A DNA stretch of 64,000 nucleotides from Acidimicrobiia bacterium (GTDB lineage Bacteria > Actinomycetota > Acidimicrobiia > Spongiisociales > ZC4RG35), in the NCBI GenBank assembly GCA_965203555.1, contig CBDBCY010000004.1, positions 2,208,001 to 2,272,000 of the forward strand, written 5' to 3'. Below the pieces are notes generated by a model. It made no database searches, had not been told where the DNA came from, and saw only the letters and a program-made list of their open reading frames with translations. Both the position numbers and the translations under genes were made by a program. Below, piece after piece: positions 1 to 9,300 of the stretch (positions are counted from its first letter, which is position 1; each line of letters starts with the position of its first letter).

Positions 1-126
1 ATCCTGGCGCATGACCGGGCGCTGGTGGATTACCCGGGCGTCGACGCCGTACGATCCCAGTATGCGATGCTGGCTCTGATGGTGGTTTTGACGATGCTTG
101 CCCTATTCATACTTACTGCCGGGTGA
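1..126 (+). CDS. 3' end of a membrane protein (partial, runs off the window)
   Basis: Frame 1 reads ILAHDRALVDYPGVDAVRSQYAMLALMVVLTMLALFILTAG then TGA at 124-126; C-terminal hydrophobic helix. Confidence 0.7.
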   Translation: MLAHDRALVDYPGVDAVRSQYAMLALMVVLTMLALFILTAG

Positions 127-287
127 TGGTGGCCGTTGCTCACATTCTGGGAGAGGGCGCCGTCGATGAGTTCGTTGCCTCCGGCCTGGTGCTGGTGGGC
201 CTGGTGTGGCTATTGCGCCGTTCGGAGCGCAAAGCGCGCCGGCGGCGTCAGGAGATGGAAGAGAAATCCCGCGGATCACAGCAGTAA
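126..287 (+). CDS. Small (53 aa) single-pass membrane protein, missing from the ORF track
   Basis: ATG overlaps the upstream stop (TGATG); MVAVAHILGEGAVDEFVASGLVLVGLVWLLRRSERKARRRRQEMEEKSRGSQQ has a hydrophobic stretch then a basic tail; TAA at 285-287. Confidence 0.6.
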   Translation: MVAVAHILGEGAVDEFVASGLVLVGLVWLLRRSERKARRRRQEMEEKSRGSQQ

Positions 288-351
288 TCCGGCCGGCGGA
301 TTCCTTGCCATCCGCCGGTGATCAGAGGGGTTACGTGGTCGTGTATCCTCA

Positions 352-1566
352 GTGGCGGATATGAGTGAGTACTTAGCGGCGGCGGCGGCGGTTCTCAACG
401 CTCCGGAAGAACTGGTTCTGCGGTCGGCGGAAGCGAAGGCACAGGCTCTGGGGGGCACCGCCGATGATTATCTGGCGGCGTGGGGAGGAGGCAAGGCCGC
501 TCCAGCGCCGGCTGCGCCCGTACCGGCTGCGCCCGTACCGGCTGCGCCCGCTGCGGCCCCGCCGCCGGCGGTCAAAGCCCCAGAACCTGTTCCGCAGACC
601 TTCCCGGCGCCCGTCGAGGCACCCGCGGCGGCGGCAGTCGCCGTCCAGCCGGAAGTGACGGCGGCGGTCGTGGAAGAGCCTCCTGCACCGCCGGTGGATC
701 CCGCGCCGCTTCGGGTTCGACGACGGCTGGGGGGCCGACTGGGAGCCATAACAGGTGCGGCGATGGGGCTGGTCAGCCTGGTGGCCCTGAGTCCCAGGCT
801 GGCTGCACGCGCCGACACCCTGGGTGAGGAGGGACCTTTCTCTCCCTCCTTGATCCTGAGCCCCAACCAGGCGGTCATCGGGCTGGTGGTGCTGTTCGGT
901 GTGTACGGGGTGATTGTGGCGCTGTTTACCACCGCGGCGGTGGGGTGGCATGGCCCAGGCATGAACATCGTGGAGGGCCGAGGTTCCATCCTGGTCGGAG
1001 GGATGCTGACGGGCTTTCTGATCGGAGGGGCTGCGGGCGGGGTAACCACCGGAATGTTCGGGACCCAGATTGCCGGCGCCGAGGAGGTGGAGGTGTCAGT
1101 TGTCGCCGGTCTGGCGGCGGTGGTTGCTGCCGGAGCTGTTCTGGGTTGGGCGGTGGGTCAGCTATCACAGGTATTGGGCATTCCCGAGGGGATGGCTGGC
1201 GCCGAGGGCGAGGAAGCCGAAGTGGTGAGGTTCCGATTGAAATCCGCCGTGGCCCTACCGGTCGTCGGAGTGGTGATCATTGCGGTGTTGGTGCTGCCGG
1301 CTGCCTATCTGTTCCTGAGTTTCCCTGGTTGGGCGCCCATCATGGGATCGGTGGTCGCCGCCAGCATTCTCACTTTCGCTGGTCTTTCAGCCTCCCGACC
1401 GGGGATGCGTGTCACCCGGGGAGAGTTCCTTCTGGCCGCTGCCGGGATTGGCGTGGTGGTTTTCATCCTCTTTGCGGTGCTCAATACGCAGGGAGCGGGC
1501 CACTCCGAATCGGAGGACGACCACGGCGTTGAGGCCGAGGCGATCGAGGCGGTCTTCTCCCACTGA
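352..1566 (+). CDS. Multi-pass membrane protein of unknown function with small N-terminal helical domain and Pro/Ala linker
   Basis: 404-aa ORF (ATG at 361 is an alternative start); helical N-terminus, PAAPV-rich linker, about 7 hydrophobic segments, acidic/His tail. Confidence 0.8.
   Translation: MADMSEYLAAAAAVLNAPEELVLRSAEAKAQALGGTADDYLAAWGGGKAAPAPAAPVPAAPVPAAPAAAPPPAVKAPEPVPQTFPAPVEAPAAAAVAVQPEVTAAVVEEPPAPPVDPAPLRVRRRLGGRLGAITGAAMGLVSLVALSPRLAARADTLGEEGPFSPSLILSPNQAVIGLVVLFGVYGVIVALFTTAAVGWHGPGMNIVEGRGSILVGGMLTGFLIGGAAGGVTTGMFGTQIAGAEEVEVSVVAGLAAVVAAGAVLGWAVGQLSQVLGIPEGMAGAEGEEAEVVRFRLKSAVALPVVGVVIIAVLVLPAAYLFLSFPGWAPIMGSVVAASILTFAGLSASRPGMRVTRGEFLLAAAGIGVVVFILFAVLNTQGAGHSESEDDHGVEAEAIEAVFSH
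508..550 (+). repeat. 15-nt coding tandem repeat (ccggctgcgcccgta), nearly 3 copies
   Basis: Copies at 508-522, 523-537 and partial 538-550, encoding PAAPV repeats. Confidence 0.85.
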
Positions 1567-1648
1567 GACTGGCGTCTCGTTCAGGCCGGGGATCGGGAAG
1601 ATTGTCTTTTGCGGAGACAGAAGATCTGCTCGCTCCCGGGCGGTTGGA

Positions 1649-4225
1649 TTAGGGACCAGGACGGAGCAGCAGAGTGGATTCGGCCAGGGACTCCACCGTG
1701 TCCCGGTCCCAGGGGAAGGGCTGCATCTCCCCGGCCGCCCAGGGTTCCAGGAGGTCGTCGTAGTGTGGGTGGTAGGCGTGGCCTGACTGACCGGGGACAT
1801 GGATAGACAGAGACGAGTCGGGGTCCCCGAGGTCGACCACCATCCGGAACGACGGCACCCCCTCCGTCTCGTAGCCCTCCGGGGCGATCCACTGAGTGGC
1901 GTTGACGATCGCCGATCCTCCCGAGACATTGTTGCTGCGCCGGTTGAAGACGGCTTCGATCAGCGACACGCCCGATTCGCCCAGGCTGGAGTTGTTGAAG
2001 ACACCGGTATGGATGTCGCCCCATCGCCAACGCTGCGGATCGTCGCCCATCAAGTCGGTCAACTCGCCATGGGCCTGTTCCAGGGCCTGATGCAGCACCA
2101 GGTCGCGGGTTTCCCGGAGTTCGGTTCCCGCCAGGTCCCACCAAGGATCGTCGGGGGATTCCACCAGGGCCTTCATCACCTCCACGAACCGGCTTCCACC
2201 GTGCGCCTCATGGCCTTCGGGAAGCTCGTCGAAGGTGAGAGCCAGGAGATGGCGCCAGGTGGCCGCATAGGCGGCAGCCGCCGGACTGTCGGAGTCCATT
2301 TGTCCTGGTCGCTCTCCCCGCATCCATCCGGTCAAGAGTTCTTGCATCACTGCCGCCTCCTGGCTTCGGGCCGGTAAGGCCGTCAATGCAGGGACCAGGA
2401 AGCCGGCGGCGGGATCCTGGTGGTCGAACTGTATTGCGCTCATCCCCGCGGTGTCCAGCGGGAGAGAGTCAACCAACAGCTCGTGGATGCGCCGGGCTCG
2501 GTACCCGTAGTGGAAGTCGCTGCCGATATGGCGGACCAGGTCGGGCCGGGCGAGGGGCTGGTTGGCGGCCACCACCATCCCGGAGGAGGGATTGAACAAC
2601 CAGGGAAGGGTCTCGAAGGGCCAGAAGCCCTGCCAGTCGTATTCGCTCTCCCAACCCGGCGCCGGGTAGCGTCCGTCGCCTGTTCCCCGGATGGGGATCA
2701 GCCCCGTGGCCTGGTAGCCGATGTTGCCGTCCGCATCGGCGTAGACGATGCTAAGGGGCGCCATGTCGAAGAGCGCAGCCGCTGACCGGAACTCCTCCCA
2801 GTTCCGCGCCAGGACCATTCCCAGCACCGCGTCCATGTTGCGGGTGGTTTGCAGGGCGGTCCATGCCAGCGAAGCAGCGTAAGGGTCAGGTAGCTCCACC
2901 ACTCCGTTACCTTCCAGTTCGTCAACGGGTTCGTATATCCCCGAGATCACCGGCCCGTGGTGGGTCTCTCGGATTGTGATTTCCACCGGATCGGCGTTGG
3001 CTACCTGGATGGTCTCGGGGCGGGTGGACATGGGAACCCACTTGCCGTCCACCTCGTACAGGAGCGGATCTTCGGGATGAACCCGCTCGATGAAGAGATC
3101 GGAGACATCCCCTCCCAGATTGGTGAATCCCCAGGCCAGAAAGCCGTTGTGCCCGATGGTGACCAGAGGTGTGCCCGGCAGGCTGAACCCCGCCACTTCC
3201 ACCGGGCAGGAGGTGCTCACAGGCTGGCAGTGGAGACCAACCCGGTACCAGATGGAGGGGATCTGGGCCCCCAGATGGGGATCGTTGGCGAGGAGCGGCG
3301 CACCGGACACGGTGTGCTCACCCGAGACCACCCAGGAATTGGAGCCTCGGCCCCGATTGTCTCGGACGAGCCCGACCCGGTCGGCGCCCACGGGAAGGAC
3401 TTCAGCCTCCTCCAGGGCGCCGGAGGCTTCCCGAACCGACGGGGAAGGCAGCGGTGCGCCGGTCGGCAGCGGCGGCGGCAGGTCCCATTCGGGGACGATC
3501 ACCGGGTGGTCCTCGGGGTATGCCGGCCAAAGTTGGGAGACCCGTTCGGACGGAATCCATTCCGAGAGCACTGCTCGCTCGAGTTCGGAGACGATGTTGG
3601 TTCGAAGGTCCCAGGCCACCACCTTGGCGAAGGCCAGGGTGTCGGTGGGTTTCCACGGCGCCGGCCGGTAGTCGGGGTTCTGGATTCCCAGGAAGGCGTA
3701 CTCCAGGCTGATCTCCCATTTCCCTCGGTCGACCAGGTAGGCGTTCACGCCTCGGGCATATGCGTCCAGCACGGTCTGCATACGGGGCGAGAGTGCCTGG
3801 TATTCACGGGCCGCCACCTGTTCCCATCCCAGGGTTCGCAGGAAGATGTCGGCTTCCACCTGGGCCTCGCCGAACATCTCAGCGGTGCGACCGGTGGCCA
3901 CGTGCCGGTAGAAGTCCATCTGCCAGAAACGATCCTGGGCCTCCACGAAACCCTGCGCCATCGCCAGGTCCGAAAGGGTGGATGCGTAGATGTGAGGCGT
4001 CCCGTGACGGTCCCGGATCACGGTGGCCTCCCCAGCCAGGCCCGGCAGTTCTATCTCCCCGTCCACCTGGGGAAACGAGCGGCGGACCACCAGAAGTCCG
4101 GCGACGGCCACCAGAACTATGAGAAGCGCCGCCCACGGGCCGATGAGTCTCAGCAGGCGAAGCGGGAGAGGGCGGCGCCTTCTGGGAGGGGGCGGGGGAT
4201 CGGTGGAAGCCCGGGGGTCCTTCAA
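1649..4225 (-). CDS. Penicillin acylase family (Ntn-hydrolase) protein, membrane anchored
   Basis: RDRHGTPHIYA, AQDRFWQMD, autoprocessing site GSNSWVVSG, LLANDPHL, C-terminal PGQSGH; N-terminal TM helix. Confidence 0.92.
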   Translation of the reverse strand: MKDPRASTDPPPPPRRRRPLPLRLLRLIGPWAALLIVLVAVAGLLVVRRSFPQVDGEIELPGLAGEATVIRDRHGTPHIYASTLSDLAMAQGFVEAQDRFWQMDFYRHVATGRTAEMFGEAQVEADIFLRTLGWEQVAAREYQALSPRMQTVLDAYARGVNAYLVDRGKWEISLEYAFLGIQNPDYRPAPWKPTDTLAFAKVVAWDLRTNIVSELERAVLSEWIPSERVSQLWPAYPEDHPVIVPEWDLPPPLPTGAPLPSPSVREASGALEEAEVLPVGADRVGLVRDNRGRGSNSWVVSGEHTVSGAPLLANDPHLGAQIPSIWYRVGLHCQPVSTSCPVEVAGFSLPGTPLVTIGHNGFLAWGFTNLGGDVSDLFIERVHPEDPLLYEVDGKWVPMSTRPETIQVANADPVEITIRETHHGPVISGIYEPVDELEGNGVVELPDPYAASLAWTALQTTRNMDAVLGMVLARNWEEFRSAAALFDMAPLSIVYADADGNIGYQATGLIPIRGTGDGRYPAPGWESEYDWQGFWPFETLPWLFNPSSGMVVAANQPLARPDLVRHIGSDFHYGYRARRIHELLVDSLPLDTAGMSAIQFDHQDPAAGFLVPALTALPARSQEAAVMQELLTGWMRGERPGQMDSDSPAAAAYAATWRHLLALTFDELPEGHEAHGGSRFVEVMKALVESPDDPWWDLAGTELRETRDLVLHQALEQAHGELTDLMGDDPQRWRWGDIHTGVFNNSSLGESGVSLIEAVFNRRSNNVSGGSAIVNATQWIAPEGYETEGVPSFRMVVDLGDPDSSLSIHVPGQSGHAYHPHYDDLLEPWAAGEMQPFPWDRDTVESLAESTLLLRPGP

Positions 4226-5046
4226 CTGTCGGCTTCCGCCGCGGGAGTCCGGCGCAGACGGCGCTCAATGGAGTCCCAGTCCCGCTCGGCGGCGATCCAT
4301 TTGAACCAGATCACGACGATCGTTGCCCACAGTATCAAGCCGCCGCCCAGTTTCATTATCAACCCCGCCACCTGCAGATCAGTGACGCTCGATATTCCGA
4401 AGGAGGTTGCCGAGTCGACGTAGGAGGGATACAACGGTGTGCGGCTGAACGTCAGAAAAGATGCCGGCACGGTGGGGATGATGGAGTGCAGGAACAGGAT
4501 GAACATCCGCAAGGGCGGGTTCAGCCGGGGAATCAGAGGGGTGGGACTCACCACGGGGAGCCATACCAGGACCGCCGTGGCGAATAGCCAGAGGTGGGCC
4601 AGGAAATGGAAAACACTCGAAGAGACCATCGCCTCCACGATGGGTCGCCAGTGGAGCCCGGCCAGGCTCAGGTGGAAAAGGAAGAAGGCGGGCAGTGGTC
4701 TGCTCATTTGACGTAGCACGGCCAGGGTCCGGGAAGATTGGAGAAGGTGTTCGGCCATCCACCGGGGGGTTCCCATCAGCATCAGCGGCGGGATGACCAG
4801 CGCCACCAGCATGTGTTCGATCATGTGGAGGCTGAAGAAGACCTGCTCCGCCAAATCATGGAAAGGCCAACTGGCGCTGGCAGCCAGGATCGCCAAGGCC
4901 CCGAACCACAACCCGCGTTGGCGGGACGTGGCGGCCGGCATATTGGGCGCCACCAGGGGGCGGACGCGCCATTCAGCGTGGAGAAAGATCACTCCCAGCG
5001 CCCCCACCACCGCCAGGACATCCCAGTGAGGATGCCAAGGTGGCAA
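4222..5046 (-). CDS. ctaG: Cytochrome c oxidase (caa3-type) assembly factor CtaG
   Basis: FSLHMIEHML, PPLMLMG, DLQVAGLIMK motifs; multi-TM; directly follows oxidase subunit IV. Confidence 0.85.
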   Translation of the reverse strand: MPPWHPHWDVLAVVGALGVIFLHAEWRVRPLVAPNMPAATSRQRGLWFGALAILAASASWPFHDLAEQVFFSLHMIEHMLVALVIPPLMLMGTPRWMAEHLLQSSRTLAVLRQMSRPLPAFFLFHLSLAGLHWRPIVEAMVSSSVFHFLAHLWLFATAVLVWLPVVSPTPLIPRLNPPLRMFILFLHSIIPTVPASFLTFSRTPLYPSYVDSATSFGISSVTDLQVAGLIMKLGGGLILWATIVVIWFKWIAAERDWDSIERRLRRTPAAEADS

Positions 5047-5050
5047 GTTG

Positions 5051-5371
5051 TCAGCTTCCCAGCGCTATGACGCCGAAGGTCAGCAGCACCACCGCATACA
5101 GGGCCATGGCCAGGACGAATCCGGCGGTGAAGAACTTGGACAACGTCGAACTCTCGAAACGCAGGTGCATGTACCACCCAACCACGATCACGAATTTGAA
5201 GAGGGCCAGGATGATCAAAAGGGGCGCGTCCCAGCCGCCCATGTCCGCCGCCTCGTTCACATAGAACAGCGCCACTTCGATGATGGTCAACACCGCCAGC
5301 AGGACTGCAATCTTGACGTATTGGAGCGGGGTGGGATGGTGGTGTTCGCCGGGGTGGACGGCCATCCTCAA
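5051..5371 (-). CDS. ctaF: Cytochrome c oxidase subunit IV family
   Basis: 106 aa, 3 TM, LAVLTIIEV and KFVIVVGWYMHLRFE motifs; position in operon. Confidence 0.85.
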   Translation of the reverse strand: MRMAVHPGEHHHPTPLQYVKIAVLLAVLTIIEVALFYVNEAADMGGWDAPLLIILALFKFVIVVGWYMHLRFESSTLSKFFTAGFVLAMALYAVVLLTFGVIALGS

Positions 5372-5994
5372 CCCACTCCCGCCGGTGTGCCGGCCAACAG
5401 GTACACGACGGTGAAGATCACGATCCAGATTATGTCCACAAAGTGCCAGTACAGGCCCACCAACTCCAGGTTCAGACCGGAGGCTTCCGACAACTCGCCC
5501 TGGCGGCGGGAGATCCCGTAGAGGGTGAGCAGCATCAGGACTCCCAGCAGCACGTGAAAGCCGTGGAAACCGGTAAGAAGATAGAAAGCCGAGGCGGCCG
5601 GGTTGGTGGTGAGCTTCATTCCACCAACTGTGACGAACTCGGTGAATTCGAAGACCTGCCCGCCCAGGAAAACCGAGCCGAGCATGGCGGTGGCCAGAAG
5701 CCAGGTACGGGTGGCGTGCTGGTCGTGGCGGGCCAGGGCATTATGCGCCAGCACCATGGTCAGGGAACTCATCAGCAGGGCAAAGGAGGAGAATGAGGTG
5801 AACGGGATGTCGTATATCTCGGCCGGATAGGGTCGGGCAAAGCCGGGCTGTCCCTGGTACAGGAGATAGTTGGTGATGAGAGCGCCGAAGAACAGAAATT
5901 CGGAACTGAGAAACACCCACATCCCCAGCTTGCGGTGATCGATGCCGGTTGACTCGTGCTGGTCGTGATGATCCATGGTGGCCGCTGCGTCCAT
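5368..5994 (-). CDS. ctaE: Cytochrome c oxidase subunit III
   Basis: GMWVFLSSEFLFF, TGFHGFHV, GLYWHFVDIIW motifs. Confidence 0.95.
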   Translation of the reverse strand: MDAAATMDHHDQHESTGIDHRKLGMWVFLSSEFLFFGALITNYLLYQGQPGFARPYPAEIYDIPFTSFSSFALLMSSLTMVLAHNALARHDQHATRTWLLATAMLGSVFLGGQVFEFTEFVTVGGMKLTTNPAASAFYLLTGFHGFHVLLGVLMLLTLYGISRRQGELSEASGLNLELVGLYWHFVDIIWIVIFTVVYLLAGTPAGVG

Positions 5995-8030
5995 CAGGAG
6001 TGATCTCCGTAAGACGAATACCCGGCGCCTGACGGCTCGCCGGCGTGATCGTCGTCATGCTCGTCGTGTGGTTCTTCCAATGGTTCCATGCTCCAACCAA
6101 AGGCTGACGCAGCAACCACCAGCACCCCGACCAGGATCAGGAGTTTCCCCACCAAAGAGGTGTGGTAGATGATTCCCCATCCCACCAGGGGTATCCCCGC
6201 CGCCAGCATTATCGGGTAGTAAGAGGGAGCGGGAAGATGGATGGGGTGGGGCGGGTTGACCCCGGTTTCCACCAGGTCGGCCAGTGTCTCCTCCGCCTCC
6301 GGTCTTCGGACCGGCCTCCCCTCGGAATCTGCACTGTACTTTCGGTGCCAGAAGTCGTCCAAAGAGGTGATCGTGGGCGACACTCCGAAGTTGTACTCGG
6401 GTGTTGGATTGGGAGTTGTCCACTCGACGGTGCGGGCATCCCAAGGGTCGATTCCCGACGGCTCGCCGTGCTTTTTGGAACGCCACCAGTTGTACATGAA
6501 AACGAGCACACCGGCGCTGATGATGAAGGCTCCCACCGTGGCCACCAGGTTCCAGAAGTCGAATCCGGCCTCGGGCGGGTAGTAGGCGGTGCGGCGCACC
6601 ATGCCCTGCAAACCCAGCCAGTGCATGGGAGCGAAAGTCAGGTTGAAGCCGGCGAACAATGTCCAAAAGTTGATTTTCCCCAGCCGTTCGCTGAGCATTC
6701 GTCCCGTGATCTTGGGAAACCAGTAGTAAAGACCGGAGAAGATACCGAACACCGCCCCTCCAAACAGCACATAGTGGAAGTGAGCGACGATGTAATAAGT
6801 ATCGGTCTGCTGCCAGTCGGAGGGAACGACGGCATGGGTCACGCCTGATAGGCCTCCAATGACGAACATCGCCACGAACCCGATGGCAAAGAGCATGGAG
6901 GTGGTGAAATGTAATCGACCCCCCCACATGGTCCCCATCCAGTTGAAGATCTTCACGCCGGTGGGAACTGCGATCGTCATGGTGGAGAGGGCAAAGGCAG
7001 CCTGCGCCACCGGGCTGATGCCTGACGAGAACATGTGATGGGCCCAGACGCCGAATCCCATGAAGGCGATGGCTGCCCCGGCGATCACCACTGCTGCATA
7101 GCCGAAGAGGGGCTTGCGGCTGAATACCGGCAGGACCTCGGAGACGATCCCCATGGCCGGGAGGATCAGGATGTAGACCTCGGGATGGCCGAAGAGCCAA
7201 AAGAGATGCTGCCACAGGATGGGATCGCCGCCGGCCTCCGCCACGAAGAACAGACTTCCGAACTGGCGGTCGAAGGTAACCATGAACAGAGCGATGGCGA
7301 TGATGGGAAGCGAGAAGAGCAGGAGAAGGGCCACCACCAGGCTCATCCACACGAACACCGGCATCCGCAGAAGCCGCATGCCCAGCGCTCGCATGTTGAA
7401 TATGGTGACGATGAAATTGACCGACGAGATGAGAGACGCCAACCCCAGGAACTGGACGCCCAGCGCCCAGAAGTCCATGGCCGTGCCAGGGGAGTAGAAC
7501 GGCCCGGCGTTGGGCTGGTACCCGAACCATCCTCCATCCGGCATTCCGCCGAGGATGGTGTTGTCGGCGGGGTCGAGGTTCCCAGGCACTCCCTCCACCC
7601 CGGCCGGCGCCGCCGGATCGCTGAATATGAGCACCGAATAGAGGAATATCCCCCCGAACAGGAAAATCCACCACGACAGGGCGTTCATCCGGGGAAAGGC
7701 CACGTCCCGGGCGCCGATCATCAATGGAAGCAGATAATTGATAAAGGCGGCCGAGATGGGCATGACGAACAGGAAAACCATGGTGGTGCCGTGCATCGTG
7801 AACGCGGCGTTGTATTCGGCGGCGGTGAGGAAGGTGCTGTCGGCGGCGGAGAGTTGGATGCGCAGCAGAAGGGCCTCGATTCCTCCCACCAGAAAGAAGA
7901 TGAAAGCTGCGTACCCGTACATGATCCCGATCTTCTTGTGATCGGCGGTGGTGATCCATGACCAGAACCCGGTGGTGGACCGGGGCCTACGGAATATGGT
8001 CGTCGTGGGGCGCTCGGCGGTGGCGGTCAT
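5994..8030 (-). CDS. ctaD: Cytochrome c oxidase subunit I (A1 type)
   Basis: DHKKIGIMY, TMHGTTM, FGHPEVY, WAHHMF, AHFHYV ligands; D-channel (ARDVAFPRMN) and K-channel (PTGVKIF) residues; two extra C-terminal helices. Confidence 0.97.
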   Translation of the reverse strand: MTATAERPTTTIFRRPRSTTGFWSWITTADHKKIGIMYGYAAFIFFLVGGIEALLLRIQLSAADSTFLTAAEYNAAFTMHGTTMVFLFVMPISAAFINYLLPLMIGARDVAFPRMNALSWWIFLFGGIFLYSVLIFSDPAAPAGVEGVPGNLDPADNTILGGMPDGGWFGYQPNAGPFYSPGTAMDFWALGVQFLGLASLISSVNFIVTIFNMRALGMRLLRMPVFVWMSLVVALLLLFSLPIIAIALFMVTFDRQFGSLFFVAEAGGDPILWQHLFWLFGHPEVYILILPAMGIVSEVLPVFSRKPLFGYAAVVIAGAAIAFMGFGVWAHHMFSSGISPVAQAAFALSTMTIAVPTGVKIFNWMGTMWGGRLHFTTSMLFAIGFVAMFVIGGLSGVTHAVVPSDWQQTDTYYIVAHFHYVLFGGAVFGIFSGLYYWFPKITGRMLSERLGKINFWTLFAGFNLTFAPMHWLGLQGMVRRTAYYPPEAGFDFWNLVATVGAFIISAGVLVFMYNWWRSKKHGEPSGIDPWDARTVEWTTPNPTPEYNFGVSPTITSLDDFWHRKYSADSEGRPVRRPEAEETLADLVETGVNPPHPIHLPAPSYYPIMLAAGIPLVGWGIIYHTSLVGKLLILVGVLVVAASAFGWSMEPLEEPHDEHDDDHAGEPSGAGYSSYGDHS

Positions 8031-8103
8031 GTGAGAGTATCCGGCACAGAGACCATGAAGGGATTCTCCTTCCGGGCGGGTCGGGCAAGGGACAAGTTTA
8101 CGG

Positions 8104-9183
8104 TCACTGCAGGGTATCCAGCCAGACGATCAGATCTTCTATCTCCTGGTGGGTCAGGTCGAGGTTGGGCATGAACGACCCGGGTTTGACCCCCGGCGGA
8201 TTGGCCAGCCATTCGCGGAGACCGTCGGATCGGGATTGCCCTTCGCGTGGCAGGATCGCCCCGGCGAACACGTTCCGGGAGGCAAAGTGAGTGAGATTCG
8301 GGCCGTTGTAAAGGTCGTCGGCCACCAGATTGGTGCCCGCAGAATCGGACCCGTAGTCGACGGTGTGGCACTGGGTACAGCCTTGTTCCTGGAAGACCTT
8401 CAAACCGGCCGCGGCCGGAGTATCGGGTTCGGGCGGCACGGCAAGTTGTTGCTGAGCGGCGGCCCAGGCATCGAAGTCGGCCTGCGTCATCGAGACCACC
8501 CTGGCCCGCATCAACGAATGGGAGAGTCCGCAGAACTCGGCGCAATGTCCCCAATATTCGGCCGGCTCATCCGCCTTCAACTTGAGGGTGGTTTCCTGGC
8601 CGGGAACCAGGTAGCGCTTGCCCATCAGATGAGGGACCCAGTAGTTGTGAAGAACGTCCGCCGAAGTCATGTAGGCGCAGACTTCCCGGTCGACGGGAAT
8701 CGCCAGGACGCTCCCCGTCTCGATTCCCAGGTCGGGGTACCGGTACTCGAACCACCACTGGTGTCCGATGATTTCCACCGGCATAGCGTCGTCGTCACAT
8801 TCGGTCAACTCGAACACACCCTGCACCGTGGGGATGGCGATCACCGTCAGGATAAGGGCGGGAATGATGGTCCAAGTTATCTCCAGCTTGTTGTTCCCGT
8901 GGATCTGACGTGGCTCCTTGCGGCCTTTCCGATCCCGGAAGAGCAGGACGATGAGCAGTATTCCCCCCTCGACCACCACGAAGATCACCACCGCAATCCA
9001 GAACACCTGCCAGAAGATTGCGTCGATCCTCTCGGCGAAGGGCCCGGCCGGTTCGAAGGTGGTGAGGGGAGCGTCTTCGATCTCCACCAGGCTGCAGGCA
9101 GCCAGGCTGAAGATGGTTAACGAAAGAACCGTCCCCCACTTGACGAATGGTCGTGTAAGCCGCCTCACCTGCCGCCAGATCAT
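8104..9183 (-). CDS. ctaC: Cytochrome c oxidase subunit II with fused cytochrome c (caa3 type), lipoprotein
   Basis: Lipobox LAAC, IHGNNKLEITWT, HQWWF, CuA motif DVLH...CAEFCGLSHSLM, heme c motif CTQCH; start uncertain (ATG 9183 preferred over 9243). Confidence 0.95.
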   Translation of the reverse strand: MIWRQVRRLTRPFVKWGTVLSLTIFSLAACSLVEIEDAPLTTFEPAGPFAERIDAIFWQVFWIAVVIFVVVEGGILLIVLLFRDRKGRKEPRQIHGNNKLEITWTIIPALILTVIAIPTVQGVFELTECDDDAMPVEIIGHQWWFEYRYPDLGIETGSVLAIPVDREVCAYMTSADVLHNYWVPHLMGKRYLVPGQETTLKLKADEPAEYWGHCAEFCGLSHSLMRARVVSMTQADFDAWAAAQQQLAVPPEPDTPAAAGLKVFQEQGCTQCHTVDYGSDSAGTNLVADDLYNGPNLTHFASRNVFAGAILPREGQSRSDGLREWLANPPGVKPGSFMPNLDLTHQEIEDLIVWLDTLQ

Positions 9184-9300
9184 ATCGGTCGAATGATACG
9201 ATCCGATGCTTCCGTTCCCAATCCGGCCGGGTAGCCGAACCAAGGCTGTGAGCGCTCACCACGACCTGGGTCATCCCGGCTTGCTACGCTGAAAACGAAG

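Noticed and set aside
2957-4423. 488-aa + strand ORF, and similar long antisense or alternate-frame ORFs (6055-7959, 19667-20860, 23174-24682, 45048-46214, 48849-50240, 59795-61189)
   Set aside because: They overlap well-supported genes, have no motifs, and are the expected shadow frames of high-GC coding DNA.
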